In this document: piece by piece, positions 26,931 through 39,907 of the stretch | Layout of the letters: each line of letters opens with the position of its first letter | How positions within the stretch are numbered: the first letter of the stretch is position 1 | From: Rhizophagus irregularis | Taxonomy: Eukaryota | Reading direction: 5' to 3' | DNA: 64,000 bases | Assembly: GCF_026210795.1 (NCBI RefSeq) | Contig: NC_089430.1 | Span: forward strand, 1,736,001-1,800,000 | Notes under the pieces: generated by a model | Told to the model about the DNA's origin: nothing | The model's input: only the letters and a program-made list of their open reading frames with translations | Databases searched by the model: none | Program-made: the position numbers and the translations under genes

Positions 26931-28558
26931 TCAATCAGTAATTTCACATTCTAAACAATCGCTTTTGTCAGACTTTAGAAGACTTTCTGTAAATGGATTA
27001 GCAGTTAGTAACTTGATAAATAACCAAACAAGTAAATGAAGATCAATTATTACCTGAACATTTTATTGTTGATATATTATCATATATTTCATAATAACCA
27101 TCAGAATTTTTTGGTTCAGTAAGATTTTTATAATTAAATGGTCTACTTTTATAAATCGCTTCAGGGTGTATTTTATTCGTCAAAGGCGATGAGTTAGTTG
27201 ATGAATTATTATTAATTTGTCCCGCTTCTTCAATTTGTTTAATTAATTTGGTTTTATTGATGGATTCTGAATAGCTTTTTGTATCTTTATTAAAATCATT
27301 TAAAAACTCATTAAAAGTTCTTGAAAGAGATTTTGCATAAGGTCGATTTGATGGGTTCGCGTCTAAACAGCTTTTAATTATATGTAAAATTAATTTTGGT
27401 ACTTTAATATTAAATTCAGGTCTTAATCCTTTACAAATATCTAATGCTAACAATTCATCATGAGCAACATTATAATATGGAGGTAATCCTGAAATAACTA
27501 CATACATAATTATGCCAAAACTATAAATATCTGAAGCTTTGGTATAATCTTGTCCTCTTAAAATTTCAGGAGCCAAATAAGGTAAAACACCATATCTCAT
27601 ATTATTTCCTCCATTATAATTTGCTGGTTTACACAACCCCAAATCAGTTATACGAGGCGAAGTTCTATTACATACTATATTTCCAATATGTAAATCTCGA
27701 TGAATTAATTCTTTGCCATGAATTTTCCTGAGCCCAGCTGAAATAGATCTTAAGATGTTAATCTTACATCTCCATATCCGAATATTCAAATCCAAATTAG
27801 AAAATTTGTAACTGTTTTGCCATTTATGCTGCTTTTGACTTACTTCATTCAACAAATTTTGTAGATTTCCTCTCTCAGCATAATACATAACCATAATATA
27901 GTCTTTTGTATTAGGATCTTGAGTTATTCCATAACATCTAACAATGGTTTCTGTCATAGTATACTCATGAACTTTAAGATGTGATGTAATCTGATAGTTT
28001 AAATGAACTAGTTATTAAACTATAATTAATAAATAAAACACATAATATAATTAAGTATACCTCATTAATAAATTTCAATGTAACATTTTGTGAATTATTC
28101 AAACTTTTAAGAGCTACTAAGGAGTCACTGCCTCTTACTCTTCCCCATTTACGGTAACTAGTATCCCAGTGTGTGATATGGCCATCTTTCCAACTTGCTC
28201 TATATACTTTTCCAAATCCACCCTCTGCAATATATTTAGGTTTACCAAACCTATTATAGGGTATCCACTCTAATATTTGGTGATGGTTTTCTGCTGATAA
28301 CTGAGTATTTTGAATGAAATTATCAATTTCATCGTTACCACTGGTCCAACTGTCAAAATTTTCTTGGAATCTTTTTGAATTACAAGGTTGACACCAATCC
28401 TTTCCCGTATTTATTTGCTTACACATTATACATCTTCCATATTTTTGCTCAGTATTATTCGAAACACAAGACCAACAATATTTATTTAATTCATTATTAT
28501 GTGGTTTTTTGCATTGAACACATTTGCTTCTTGGATCTTCTGCATTTAATTGATTCAT
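26931..28558 (-). CDS. TKL-family protein kinase (3 exons) with Cys-rich N-terminus
   Basis: Exons 28558-28061, 27990-27054, ~26986-26931; CxxC pairs, WTSGNDEID, EGGFGKVY, VALK, HRDLHIGN, DLG, YLAPE. Confidence 0.9.
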
Positions 28559-29012
28559 AGTGCAGATAAATTATTTTGTCAGCAGATTTATTAAATATTT
28601 TTACCTGAAAATATTTTGACAAAAAAATTATAACGGATATTTATATACATCTCAGATGATCGATAAAACTACCTTTTGTAGCAAAAAATGGCTGCTTTCG
28701 TGTTATCAAATATTAAATGTTAAAATACGATGTATAGTATGCCATTCTTTCCGAAATTTACCACATCATTAATCCATTTATACCAAGAATGATAAAGCAA
28801 TAATTAAACATTGACTATGCTATTCTTTTGGAATTCATTAAAAGCTCATTCGGGATAAGAAATTTATAACCAGCATCCTCATTCTTACCATAAAAAGCTT
28901 AATAAGACCATTCATAAATCTAACAGGAAAAGTATCTAGTGTGAGAAAATTTATTGAGAGTAACGTTCAATATAAAGTTTTATTTTTTAATTTTATAGAA
29001 CAAATAAATATA

Positions 29013-29535
29013 CACAGTGAAATTCGATAAACCGGATCTATCGGTTCCACTAAAAATATCCGGTTTATCAGGATATCCGGTTTAGCGAAAAAATTTCGAT
29101 ATATTGAAAATCTATTATATTGAATTTTCAAAAAATTTTCATGCTAATAAAACTAATATACACTATAATTTGATTTTTTCATCTAGTTTTAAGTTATAGA
29201 GGTCATGAAAATGAATATAAAATATTTTAATTGAATATATAAGTAACACTTAACTTCAGCCGGAATTAAGATTTTTATAATTCCGGCCAAATTCAAGATT
29301 TACCGAATCACGTTACTTAAATTTTATTGGTTCTCAGTCACGTGATCCGGTTTATCGAATCATTTTTACTATAGCTGGTTAGAAAATTGATCCGTTATAG
29401 CGAATATCGAGCTTTTACTAGTAAACTCCGGTATATCGAGCCTATTTTAATATACGTGATTTGGTTCCAGCAAAAAAGTCTGGTTTAGGCCCAAATCTGG
29501 TTTATCGAATATCCGGTTTATCGAATTTCACTGTG
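29013..29535. mobile_element. Tc1/mariner-type MITE, TSD TA
   Basis: ta|cacagtgaaattcgataaaccggat ... atccggtttatcgaatttcactgtg|ta. Confidence 0.85.
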
Positions 29536-30625
29536 TATATTGTTCTACGAATATACAAATTGTCATAATTTCTATAACTAGCAAATCCTTTAATTCCTTA
29601 ATTAGAAAAATAATTATTATAAAATAATAATTAATAATTAAAAAAAGACACTTTACGGTGTGACTCAGGCAAAATAGCAATAAATTAATAGAGATGTACC
29701 TATTTGATTAGTTGGCATATTATGGCATATGTTTTTGCTTTGCATTTTAATTTATCAGATAATTTAATTGTGTAATACCAGAAAATTTGATCCTATAAAG
29801 CTTTCTTATCGATTCAAAACTTTAAAGACTGACAATGGGCTTGAACAAACAAACTGAACTGACCACAATTTATAAATTCGGTTTGGAGTAGCAGATTAAA
29901 CACATCAGTTTTAAAATAGTATTTTTACATCTTTTTCATCTAGTAAACTGAAATTATCTAATTAGTTACTATAATTCTTATTACTACATTTCATGTTTAT
30001 TGGTTAATAACCTTTTTTAGAACTGTTCAAATTAAATTAAATGATAAATCTGTTTGAATCACAAATTTAAACATTTGATTAGAACTAGTCTAATTAAATC
30101 ATGGTTTAAATTTTAAAAATCTAAAATATCTTGCATTAGTTTAGCTCGAACTATTTTATTTTTATTTTTATTTTTATTTTTATTATCCATGTGAACAAGA
30201 TTACAGAAAGATAGACAAGAACTAATTAAAAAAAAAGCCAAATTCTATCTAAACTACGCTATAATAAAACTGCCCGAAGACAGCGCCACCCTGGTGCGAA
30301 AAATAAAAGGAACTGTAGAGGATCAGCCAAAGCATTTCCATCTACCTACCCCATCAGTATGCACAAGGAAAATTATAGTAGAGACCCGTATTTTTCTTTC
30401 AGCCAATGCTGCCACCTGTAAATACTGTCATAGGTGGAATGCTTCACACTATTCATATTGTTTTTATAAAAAAAAATTTGTATGTTGATGTTATGATGTA
30501 GCGTAAACAAAATTAATAAAAAAAATGAATAAGCTACTGGTAAATGTAAAGATGTAAAAAAATAATTATAAATGTTAAAGTTTGAATCAATAATGACTTA
30601 AGTGGTCATCGGTTCCACTCATGGT

Positions 30626-31314
30626 TAGAGTTTGGAACTGGTTGTATTTTTGGAAACCGGATTTAAAATGGGTTACGGGTGCAACCAGTTCAACCCTTTT
30701 CAAATCAGTTTTTACAAACCCGGTTGAAACCGATTTTTGTACCTGGTTTTATATTTGTTTGATTATAATAAATAAATAATAAAGTAATAATTAGCCGCAT
30801 CTGAAGTCACATTCCTAGTTTTCAATTATTAATAGTTAAAATATGGAATTCTACTATGATCTACATTCCTGGATTAGAGTTTCCATTTTTGCATCCAGCT
30901 TACACATGTACGAAGCACGTGACAAATTACAAATTTGCCATGAATTTGTCACGTGTACCATACACTGTAATTTTGGCCAGAATTAAATGTGATTGGCATA
31001 AAATTGGCCGAGTTTATAATTCAAGCCAGAATTACAAACCCTCCAGAATTTGTGTAGCATAATTTTCTATAACTGATAACAAAAATTTAAGGTATCCCGG
31101 TGGCTAAATTATTTACCCAGTGTCATGTGATTTATAATTTTGTAATTCAGGCTGGCACTATAAAGTTTTGATATCACACTGGGTTGAGCACCCGGTTGCA
31201 CTTGCTTTAAACGCAACCCGGTTTTTGCAGCATGAATCTGAATTGAACCAAATCGTAAAAAAAATGGGTGAAACCAGTTTAAAAACTGGATGGTGCATCC
31301 AGTTCCAAACTCTA
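30626..31314. mobile_element. hAT-type MITE (TIR TAGAGTTTGGAACTGG), TSD ctcatggt
   Basis: TSD at 30618-30625 and 31315-31322. Confidence 0.92.
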
Positions 31315-31783
31315 CTCATGGTTTAGTTTTCTTATTGTAAGACGTAGAACTGTTCATTAAAGATAACTCAGCAACTCTCTTATTAGGCAGACTTAAAGAA
31401 TGAGTCGTCTTGGTGCGCTTAACTTTGGTAAAAAAATCTTGATTATCTCTTTTTGTAGCCAGGGTAAGTACAACTTTCTCTGCTGTGTCAAAATCTAATA
31501 TTTTAGGATGCGCATCTGGCGGGGAAGTTGTAGGCAGAGTAGTACACAGACTAGGTTTATCAGTGTCCAGAATATTCTGTGCTAACATAAGTACTGGCAG
31601 GTGAGATGTATATTCCAAAAAATAAATGATTCTTTGCTTTGAATCTAAATATGAACGTAATTGTCCAGAACTGTAGGAAAGAATAGGACCTACAGGTCCA
31701 TAATTGAGAGGCGGATTTGGGTGGGAGTAAGGTTTATCAATATTAAAACCTTTCCGCCATTCGTGTTTTTGATGATGTAAAGG

Positions 31784-32072
31784 TAGTGTTTGGAATCGAA
31801 TATATTCCAATATACTCGAGTATTCATTTAAATTTATAAAGTGTATTCGAATAATATTCGAATAAGTTAAATTTCCTTTTATAGTAATGATTTACATAAT
31901 TTTTAGCCTGAATTATGATTTTAACTCAGTTAAATTTAAGGATTTAATGCCCAATTAGAATTTTAACTATACTATATCTGGCTAAATGAATACTCGAATA
32001 ACCACTATGCTTATTCGAATACTCGAATATACTCGAGTTATTCGAATAACATTTACATGATTCCAAACACTA
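31784..32072. mobile_element. hAT-type MITE (TIR TAGTGTTTGGAATC), TSD tgtaaagg
   Basis: TSD at 31776-31783 and 32073-32080; TCGAATA repeats. Confidence 0.92.
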
Positions 32073-32344
32073 TGTAAAGGTTTTTGACAGTGTTGTTTAT
32101 TAAAGATTAAAAAATTAAAATTTGAGGCACATAGCCATTTGTGATAATCAGTATCAGTCCTAAGACTTTTGTTTTTGTTAAAAATACGATGACAAGCTCG
32201 GTCGAATCAGCCTATTTGCCTAGCTTGAGTCCATTTGGACGTGGTGTTGACGGATGTGAAATTTTCTAAACGTTTATAATACATATATAAACTGGGAGCC
32301 GTCCCTGTCATTTGATTTGTGCTTGTTGTTGATGTAGCGTAATG

Positions 32345-35300
32345 TAGTGTTACAATCCGCCTATCCTCCATCCATATCCGTGACCGGATATCCGACTTTT
32401 TCGGATAACGGATAGGATTTTTGTAGACGGATCGGATGATAGCGGATTAAGGTTATCCGTGACGGATCATCCGGATTATCCGTAATTTTTGACGGATTAT
32501 CCGTATTACCACGGATATCCAGGGATATCCGGGGATATCCGTAATTTTTTTTTAAATTACCACGGATTCTGGGGATATCCGGGGATATCCATAAATCTTA
32601 TTTTACCTACTATTGTAATACCAAAGCGTCTCCCTCTCTTTCTTTTTTTTTAGGAACGTCAGTCTGAACTTTGAAATTGCAGGTGGTTTGAACTTTTTTT
32701 CGTGTTTTTAATTTCGTTTTTTAATTTGGGAACGTCACTAACGTTCTCTCTCTTTCTTTTTTTAGGAACGGTCTTCTTTGAAATTGCAAGGTGGGTAGGT
32801 GGTTTGAGTTTTTTTATGTTTTTCATTGCGTTTTTTAACTTGGGAACGTCATTAACGTTCTCTCTCTTTCTTTTTTTAGGAACGACCTTAGACTTCAGCC
32901 TAAGCGTTACCTTTAGCTTCGAGATTAGGTACTGTAAGCTTTTTTTTCTTTTTCTTTTGCCTTTATTCTCCTTTCTTTTGTCTTTTATTAACTTGTATTA
33001 ACTTGTTCGTTCTTTTTTTTAGGCGCGAATGTCTTTAATTCCATTTCGGCGGAAATTCAAAGTGAGTCTTTCTTTCTTTCTTTTCCTTTTTTTTGTTTTC
33101 TTTTCGTTCTTTCCCTTTGTTCTTTTACTAATCTTTTTTTTTTTTAGGTGTACCATTTGAGTGAAAATTCAAGTAAGCCTTTTTCGGCTCTTTCTTTTGT
33201 TGTTTTATCTTTCTTTAAGTTAATAATAACCTTTTTTTTTTCTTTTTTCTATGGGTGGGTGTTCTGGCCTTACTTCCATTTTTTTTCCTTTATTTCTCTT
33301 ACTTTCCCTTCATCTCTTTCGTTGATTTTTGTTTCTTTCATTGATTTTTTTTTGTTTCTTCTCGTGGTTCCTTGACTTCCTTCATTTCTTTTCGTGATTC
33401 CTTTCGTTTCTTTTCGTGGTTCCTTTTGTTGCTTCTTTTGTTGTTTCTTTCATTTGGTTTCTTTTCAATGATCCTGGGTTCCTTCATTGATCTTTGGCTT
33501 CTTTCGTTGCTTTCTGTTTCTTTCATTTTCCTTCATTGATCTTTGGCTTCCTTCATTGATCTTTGGCTTCTTATGTTGATCTTTGGCTTCCTTCATTGAT
33601 CTTTGGCTTCTTTTGTTGATCTTTGGCTTCTTTTGTTGCTTTTTTCATTCCCTTATTGTTTTTCATTCCCCTTTTGCTTCCTTTTATTCTCCTTCATTCT
33701 CTCTTGTTCTTTTTCATTTGTCATTCATTTCTTTCATTCTTTTTGTTTCTTTTTGATCATCTTTGTTTCTATACATTTACTATTAAAAAAAAAAGTTAAA
33801 ATTATGCAATTATGGCTCAATTTTTTTATTATAACTAGCCAATAAAAAAATTTAATGAATCACGTGATTGTGGGTTTAGTAACGTCATTTTTTAACTAAA
33901 TATATTTTGAGATTTATTACACAAATTTATTTGATATCATGTGAATACATGTTAACAATATGTACAACATACAATAAAAAATAATATAAACAATGAAAAA
34001 TAATAAAAGGAAGTTGCGTGTGATAAAAAAATACAATTTTTATACTTAAAAAAATTTTCTCATTAAGCAATGAGAAATAATAAAAGGAAATTGCATGTGA
34101 AAAAAATACAAATTTTTATATTTAAAAAAATCTCCCATTAACAATGAAAAATTATAAAAAGAAGGTGTGTGAAGAAAAAAATACAAGATTAATAATATTT
34201 AAAAAAATTTTCCATTAAGCATACTTATTAATTTCAGAATAATGTCATCAGTTGAGGAAGATGGTTCCAAAGAAAACAAACCTAGAAAATTAACAAGCTG
34301 GATATGGCAATATTTCAAAGAAGAAACTAAAGAAGTTAAAAAAGGGGAGGAATGTGTTAATGTATTAGTTATGGTATGTCAAGTAAAAGAAGGTTCATCA
34401 TTAGCTATTTGTGGTACTGAATATGTTAGAAAAGACTCATCAACTGGAAATGCCATATCACATTTGCATGCAAAACATAATATAGTACAATCTGGAAAGG
34501 TTAATATATTAATAAATTAATGTATTTTATTGTATTATATAATTTATATATTGCTTATTAATTTTAAACTTATTTTTAATTTTTATATTTGAACTTTAGC
34601 TATTTGTTCAAACTGAAACACCAAGAAAAGGAAAAAGATATACTAAACAACAACAAAAAGAATTAAGGCAATTCTTAGTAGACTGGATAATTTCAGATTT
34701 ACTGCCTATACATACAGTACAAAGTGAAGCATTTCGGCGTTTTATTTACGAACTTGATCTAGTATTTACAATGCCTTGTGAAGAGACTGTTAGAAAAATC
34801 ATTCATGAAGCATATAATTATTCTTTTCCTCAACTTAAAGATATGTTATCGGTACAAGCAACATCTGTTTCTTTAACAATGGATCTTTGGACTGCACGTA
34901 ATCGGCAGGGCTATTTGGGAGTAACATGTTCATATATCAACCAATCTTTTAAATTGTGTGAATTTACTCTTGATATAGCTTATGTAAGGTACCCACACAC
35001 TTCTGCACATATAAAAGATACTTTGGTAAATATATTAAATGAATGGAATATTCGTGAAAAAGTTTATATTATTACTACAGATAATGCTAGTAATATGAAA
35101 AAGTGTGTTCAAGATATGGAAGGGGTGGAACAGTTAGGATGCACAGCACATACATTACAACTCATTATAGGTAAAGGTATGAAACCAGCAGAGATTTTAA
35201 TAGCAAGAGCAAAGCAATTAATTGATTTTTTCATGAGGCCAAAACAGAGTGAACGTCTTGAAGATGCTCAAAAAAATTTTCCAGGTTTGCAAGATGAATT

Positions 35301-38300
35301 AGAAAGAGAAATTACACTTCAAAATGAGGAAGAAGATAATGAACAAGATGAACAAGATATAATTGTAAATTTAATTAATATATCTTAAATCTTTTAAATT
35401 CAATTAATTAATTATTAATTTATGTAATTTTTAATAGGATCCAAGCAATACATCAACATATTTACATACTATTGCTGATACATCCACCCGCTGGAATTCC
35501 TCTTATTTAGCTTGGAATAGGTTACTATTACTTAAAAATCATATTAATGTAGTATTAAATACATTGGGATCACAGTTTGATCAAGATTCAAAAAAAGATT
35601 ACAAAACATTACAAAGTATAATGTTAAGTTCAGATGAATGGGATTTATTAAGAGATTTAAAACCAATTTTACAACCTTTTGCAGAAGCTACAGACCTTTT
35701 AGGAGGCAGTAATTATTGTACATTTTCCATAATGAATCCAATCTTAACTCAAATCAAAAAACAATTTGCACCTCCTATTTCATATAATATTAATCATGAT
35801 TATGGTAATTAAAATAAATATTTAATAATTTTGTTTTTACAAAAATTCTAATATTTAATATATTTATTTTCCAATTTAGGTATTAATTTTCAAAATGAAG
35901 AAACAGCTTTTGATGATATTATAGATGAAGAAGAAGATAATCAACAATTTACAGCTAGTTCACGAAAGCTTAAACTAAAAAATCCTATAAATACGCAAGG
36001 CATGTTGAATAAAATTAAATCAGCTCTTTATATATCAATAAATCATTATTGGAAAAACCTTACCAAGCCAGATGTCTTACTTGCAAGCCTTTTGGATCCA
36101 AGAATGAAAGATTTATCATTTGTCTCGTCTGAAAAAGGGGATGAAATTAAAAACTTATTGCGTGAAAAGTATAATGAAATGTATACTAACCCAACATCTC
36201 AGCCTATTCAACCAATAAGAAGTCCAGCAAAAAAGAAAAAAAATGCTTTATTAGCTAGTTTAAGAAAACCTTCTACACGATCTTGTAATGAAGTAGATGA
36301 GTATTTTCAGTTAGAAGAAATTGATCTTGAAAGCAATCCTTTTACTTGGTGGCATGAACGGGAGGAAAAATTTCCCATTTTGAGTTTTCTTGCCAAGAAG
36401 TACTTATCAGCTTATGCTTGTTCAACAGCAAGTGAACGATTATTTTCAGATGCTGGAAATTTATTAACTGCAAAGAGAACAAGAATTAGTCCTAATCTAT
36501 TTAAAAAATTGATATTTCTTAAAAGAAATGCTAAACATTTAGATAGTATTCATAAACCAGACGATTCTGATTGAATATTTATAAGTTATACAATTTTATA
36601 AGTTATATGGTTTTCTTTTTTATTTTATCAATTATGTACTTATTTTACTATACTTTTATATTAAATAAAAACTATATTGATATATTTATTTTTATAGATG
36701 AAATTCAATAATAAGTAATTATGAATTCAAAAAAATTTATTAAAAAAAATTTTGATCAGAAAAAAAAATAATAAATTAAATAAATGACTAAACCATGCTC
36801 AACGCCACAATCACATGATTTTAAAAAATTTTTTATTTAATTGCATAATTTTAACTTTTTTTTTTTAAGAGTAAACGTATAACTTTATTGTATATAAACC
36901 AAGATGATCAAAAGGAAACGAAGGGGAATTAAAAGGAATGAAAGAATGAATGACAAATGAAAAAGAACAAGGAAGAATGAAAGAGAATAAAAGGAAGCAA
37001 AAGAGGAATGAAAAACAATAAAGGGAATGAAAAAAGCAACAAAAGAAGCTAAAGATCAATGAAAGAAGCCAAAGATCAATGAAAGAAGCTGAAGATCAAT
37101 GAAAGAAGCTGAAGATCAGCAAAAGAAGCCAAAGATCAATGAAGGAAGCCAAAGATCAATGAAGGAAGCCAAAGATCAATGAAGGAAGCCAAAGATCAAT
37201 GAAGGAAGCTGAAGATCAGCAAAAGAAGCCAAAGATTAATGAAGGAAGCCAAAGATCAATGAAGAAACAGAAAGCAACGAAAGAAGCCAAAGATCAATGA
37301 AGGAACCCAGGATCATTGAAAAGAAACCAAATGAAAGAAACAACGAAAGAAGCAACAAAAGGAACCACGAAAAGAAACGAAAGGAATCATGAAAAGAAAT
37401 AAAGGAAGTCAAGGAACCACGAGAAGAAACAAAAAAAAATCAATGAAAGAAACAAAAATCAACGAAAGAGATGAAGGGAAAGTAAGAGAAATAAAGGAAA
37501 AAAAAATGGAAGTAAGGCCAGAACACCCACCCATAGAAAAAAGAAAAAAAAAAGGTTATTATTAACTTAAAGAAAAATAAAACAACAAAAGAAAGAGCCG
37601 AAAAAGGCTTACTTGAATTTTCACTCAAATGGTACACCTAAAAAAAAAAAAAGATTAGTAAAAGAACAAAGGGAAAGAACGAAAAGAAAACAAAAAAAAG
37701 GAAAAGAAAGAAAGAAAGACTCACTTTGAATTTCCGCCGAAATGGAATTAAAGACATTCGCGCCTAAAAAAAAGAACGAACAAGTTAATAAAAGACAAAA
37801 GAAAGGAGAATAAAAGCAAAAGAAAAAGAAAAAAAAGCTTACAGTACCTAATCTCGAAGCTAAAGGTAACGCTTAGGCTGAAGTCTAAGGTCGTTCCTAA
37901 AAAAAGAAAGAGAGAGAACGTTAATGACGTTCCCAAGTTAAAAAACGCAATGAAAAACATAAAAAAAACTCAAAACACTCACCACCTTGCAATTTCAAAG
38001 TCCGGGTTGAAGTTCAACTGTTCAAGACCGTTCCTAAAAAAAAGAAAGAGAGAGAACGTTAGTGACGTTCTCAAATTAAAAAACGAAATTAAAAATACGA
38101 AAAAAAGTTCAAACCACCTGCAATTTCAAAGTTCAGATTGACGTTCCTAAAAAAAAGAAAGAGAGGGAGGAACGCGTTGGTATTACAATAGTGGGTTTAT
38201 AATTTTTGTAAAAAAAAAATAATGAAATTATTTATAAAAAAAAATTTTTTTTTATTAAAAAAATAACGGATATCCGATATCCGTCAGATATCCGTCAGAT

Positions 38301-38469
38301 ATCCGCTTGGATTATCCGTCGGATATCATTGATCATCCGCTCGGATCATCCGGATGGATCCGTAAAGGATATCTGGCTAACACGGATATCCGTCCTTCGG
38401 ATATCCTTACAAAATTGATCCGACGGATTCGGATAACGGATGACAGATTATCCGCAGATTGTAACACTA
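32345..38469 (+). mobile_element. Autonomous-looking hAT DNA transposon, 6.1 kb, TSD gcgtaatg, with ~1.2-kb internal inverted arms
   Basis: TIR tagtgttacaatc / gattgtaacacta; TSD 32337-32344 and 38470-38477; ATCCG subterminal repeats; ~32610-33800 inverted versus ~36840-38190; 21-bp tandem repeats in both arms. Confidence 0.95.
34242..36574 (+). CDS. hAT transposase (BED zinc finger, DDE, C-terminal dimerisation domain), ~694 aa, apparently intact
   Basis: Exons 34242-34499, 34600-35364, 35438-35804, 35880-36574 join in frame; motifs SWIWQYF..STGNAISHL, DLWT, TTDNASNM, CTAHTLQL, TRWNSSY, SERLFS. Confidence 0.93.
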
Positions 38470-39217
38470 GCGTAATGTATATGTAATACCCAGTCTATTG
38501 GAATAGATATGTTTCATTTCTTTAGATTTCCAATGTTGAAAAATCAAATTAGCATGAAGCTGTGTGGGAGAGAGATTCGAGACAGCAGAATTACTACTGT
38601 AGGATTTAATGTTTTCGAATCTCTTAAGGTTGCGTTGGTATGAAATGCAAGCACGTCTGTTGTGAGAAAAGACCATAGGTGAAGGGATTTTACAAAGTTC
38701 TATGACTCCTGGTTTGTGTGTACTGTCAATAATACTGTTACATGGTATATATATACCAAAATGAAAATGATATCGTTTGTAAGAAAAATTAAAGAAAGTT
38801 TTAGTTGAATGATTACATTCTCGATTTTGAGATGCACGTGACTTGATAAATGTAATTCGTTCTAATAGTTTTTTCCTGATTAAGGGAAAATATTTTTGTT
38901 GTATCCGTTTAGGGATAACTGATTGGTGTGAAAAAAATGTCTAAGCATGATACTGATTTGATATTTTTGATTATGTATCAAGCTCGTGGGCAAATGTATC
39001 GTTCTTATACGTGTATGACATACTATCTTATACGACCTATATTATGTGACATATACGTCATATAAGAACATAGAATGGGTTTAGTGTTCATATGATAATC
39101 ATTTGTGTGTATTGTAAGTCGATGTTGATTGGTGTATAAAAAAAGATCAGCGAGCTCAAAAAAGAAACTTTTAGATCTTTTAGATCTTCTGATTTCGTAA
39201 ATCTTGTTATATCCAGT

Positions 39218-39907
39218 TAGGATTGGATCGGTCTGGTCCAGTCCGGTCTGGTCCCAAAAAGACCGGTCTTTCAACCTGGACCGGACCGGACCGGGACCGG
39301 ACTGATTTAAATTCAAGAAATTTGTCCCCATGATTTTAAGACCTCTAAAACATTAAAGAACGTTGCGAAACATTTTTTAACATGTAATTTAACAAATAAA
39401 AAACGTTTCGCAACGTTTTTTAATTATTTTAATAGAAAACGTTGCGAAAACGTTTTTTATTAATAAGTTCATAAAAAAAAAACGTTTTTCGCAAACGTTT
39501 TTAATTATTTTAACAAACAACGTTGCGAAAACGTTTTTATACGTTTTGCAGCATTTTTTATTAAGTAATTTAATAAAAAAACGTTTTCGCACGTTTTTTA
39601 ATTATTTTATTAATAGGAAACGTTACAAAAATGTTTTTTATTAATAATTTCACAAAAAAAAGGTTTTCGCACATTTTTTTAATAAAAAACGTTGCGAAAA
39701 TGTTAAAAACCGAACTGATAATCGGTTTTGGCAAAAACCGTGCCCTAGAAGTACATGAGCACAAAAATTTGGCTCATTTTTACTGGATATTAATAATATA
39801 AGATCAGTCCCGGTCCGGACCGGTCCTCAGATCTCGGACCGAAGACTGTGAAGACCGGTCCCAAGATCGATGCAGGACCGGTCTTTGCTAGGACCGATCC
39901 AACCCTA
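39218..39907. mobile_element. hAT-type MITE (TIR TAGG(A/G)TTGGATCGGTC), TSD tatccag(t/c)
   Basis: TSD 39210-39217 and 39908-39915 (one mismatch); GACCG subterminal repeats; internal aaaacgttgcgaaaacgtttt repeats. Confidence 0.9.

Noticed and set aside
10000..28600. RiPP biosynthetic cluster around the peptide genes
   Set aside because: No DUF3328/UstYa, P450, tyrosinase or transporter gene is recognisable in the window
32702..33845. F/L/S-rich and K/E-rich short ORFs in the hAT arms (also 36865-38141)
   Set aside because: Low-complexity translations of pyrimidine tracts and 21-bp repeats
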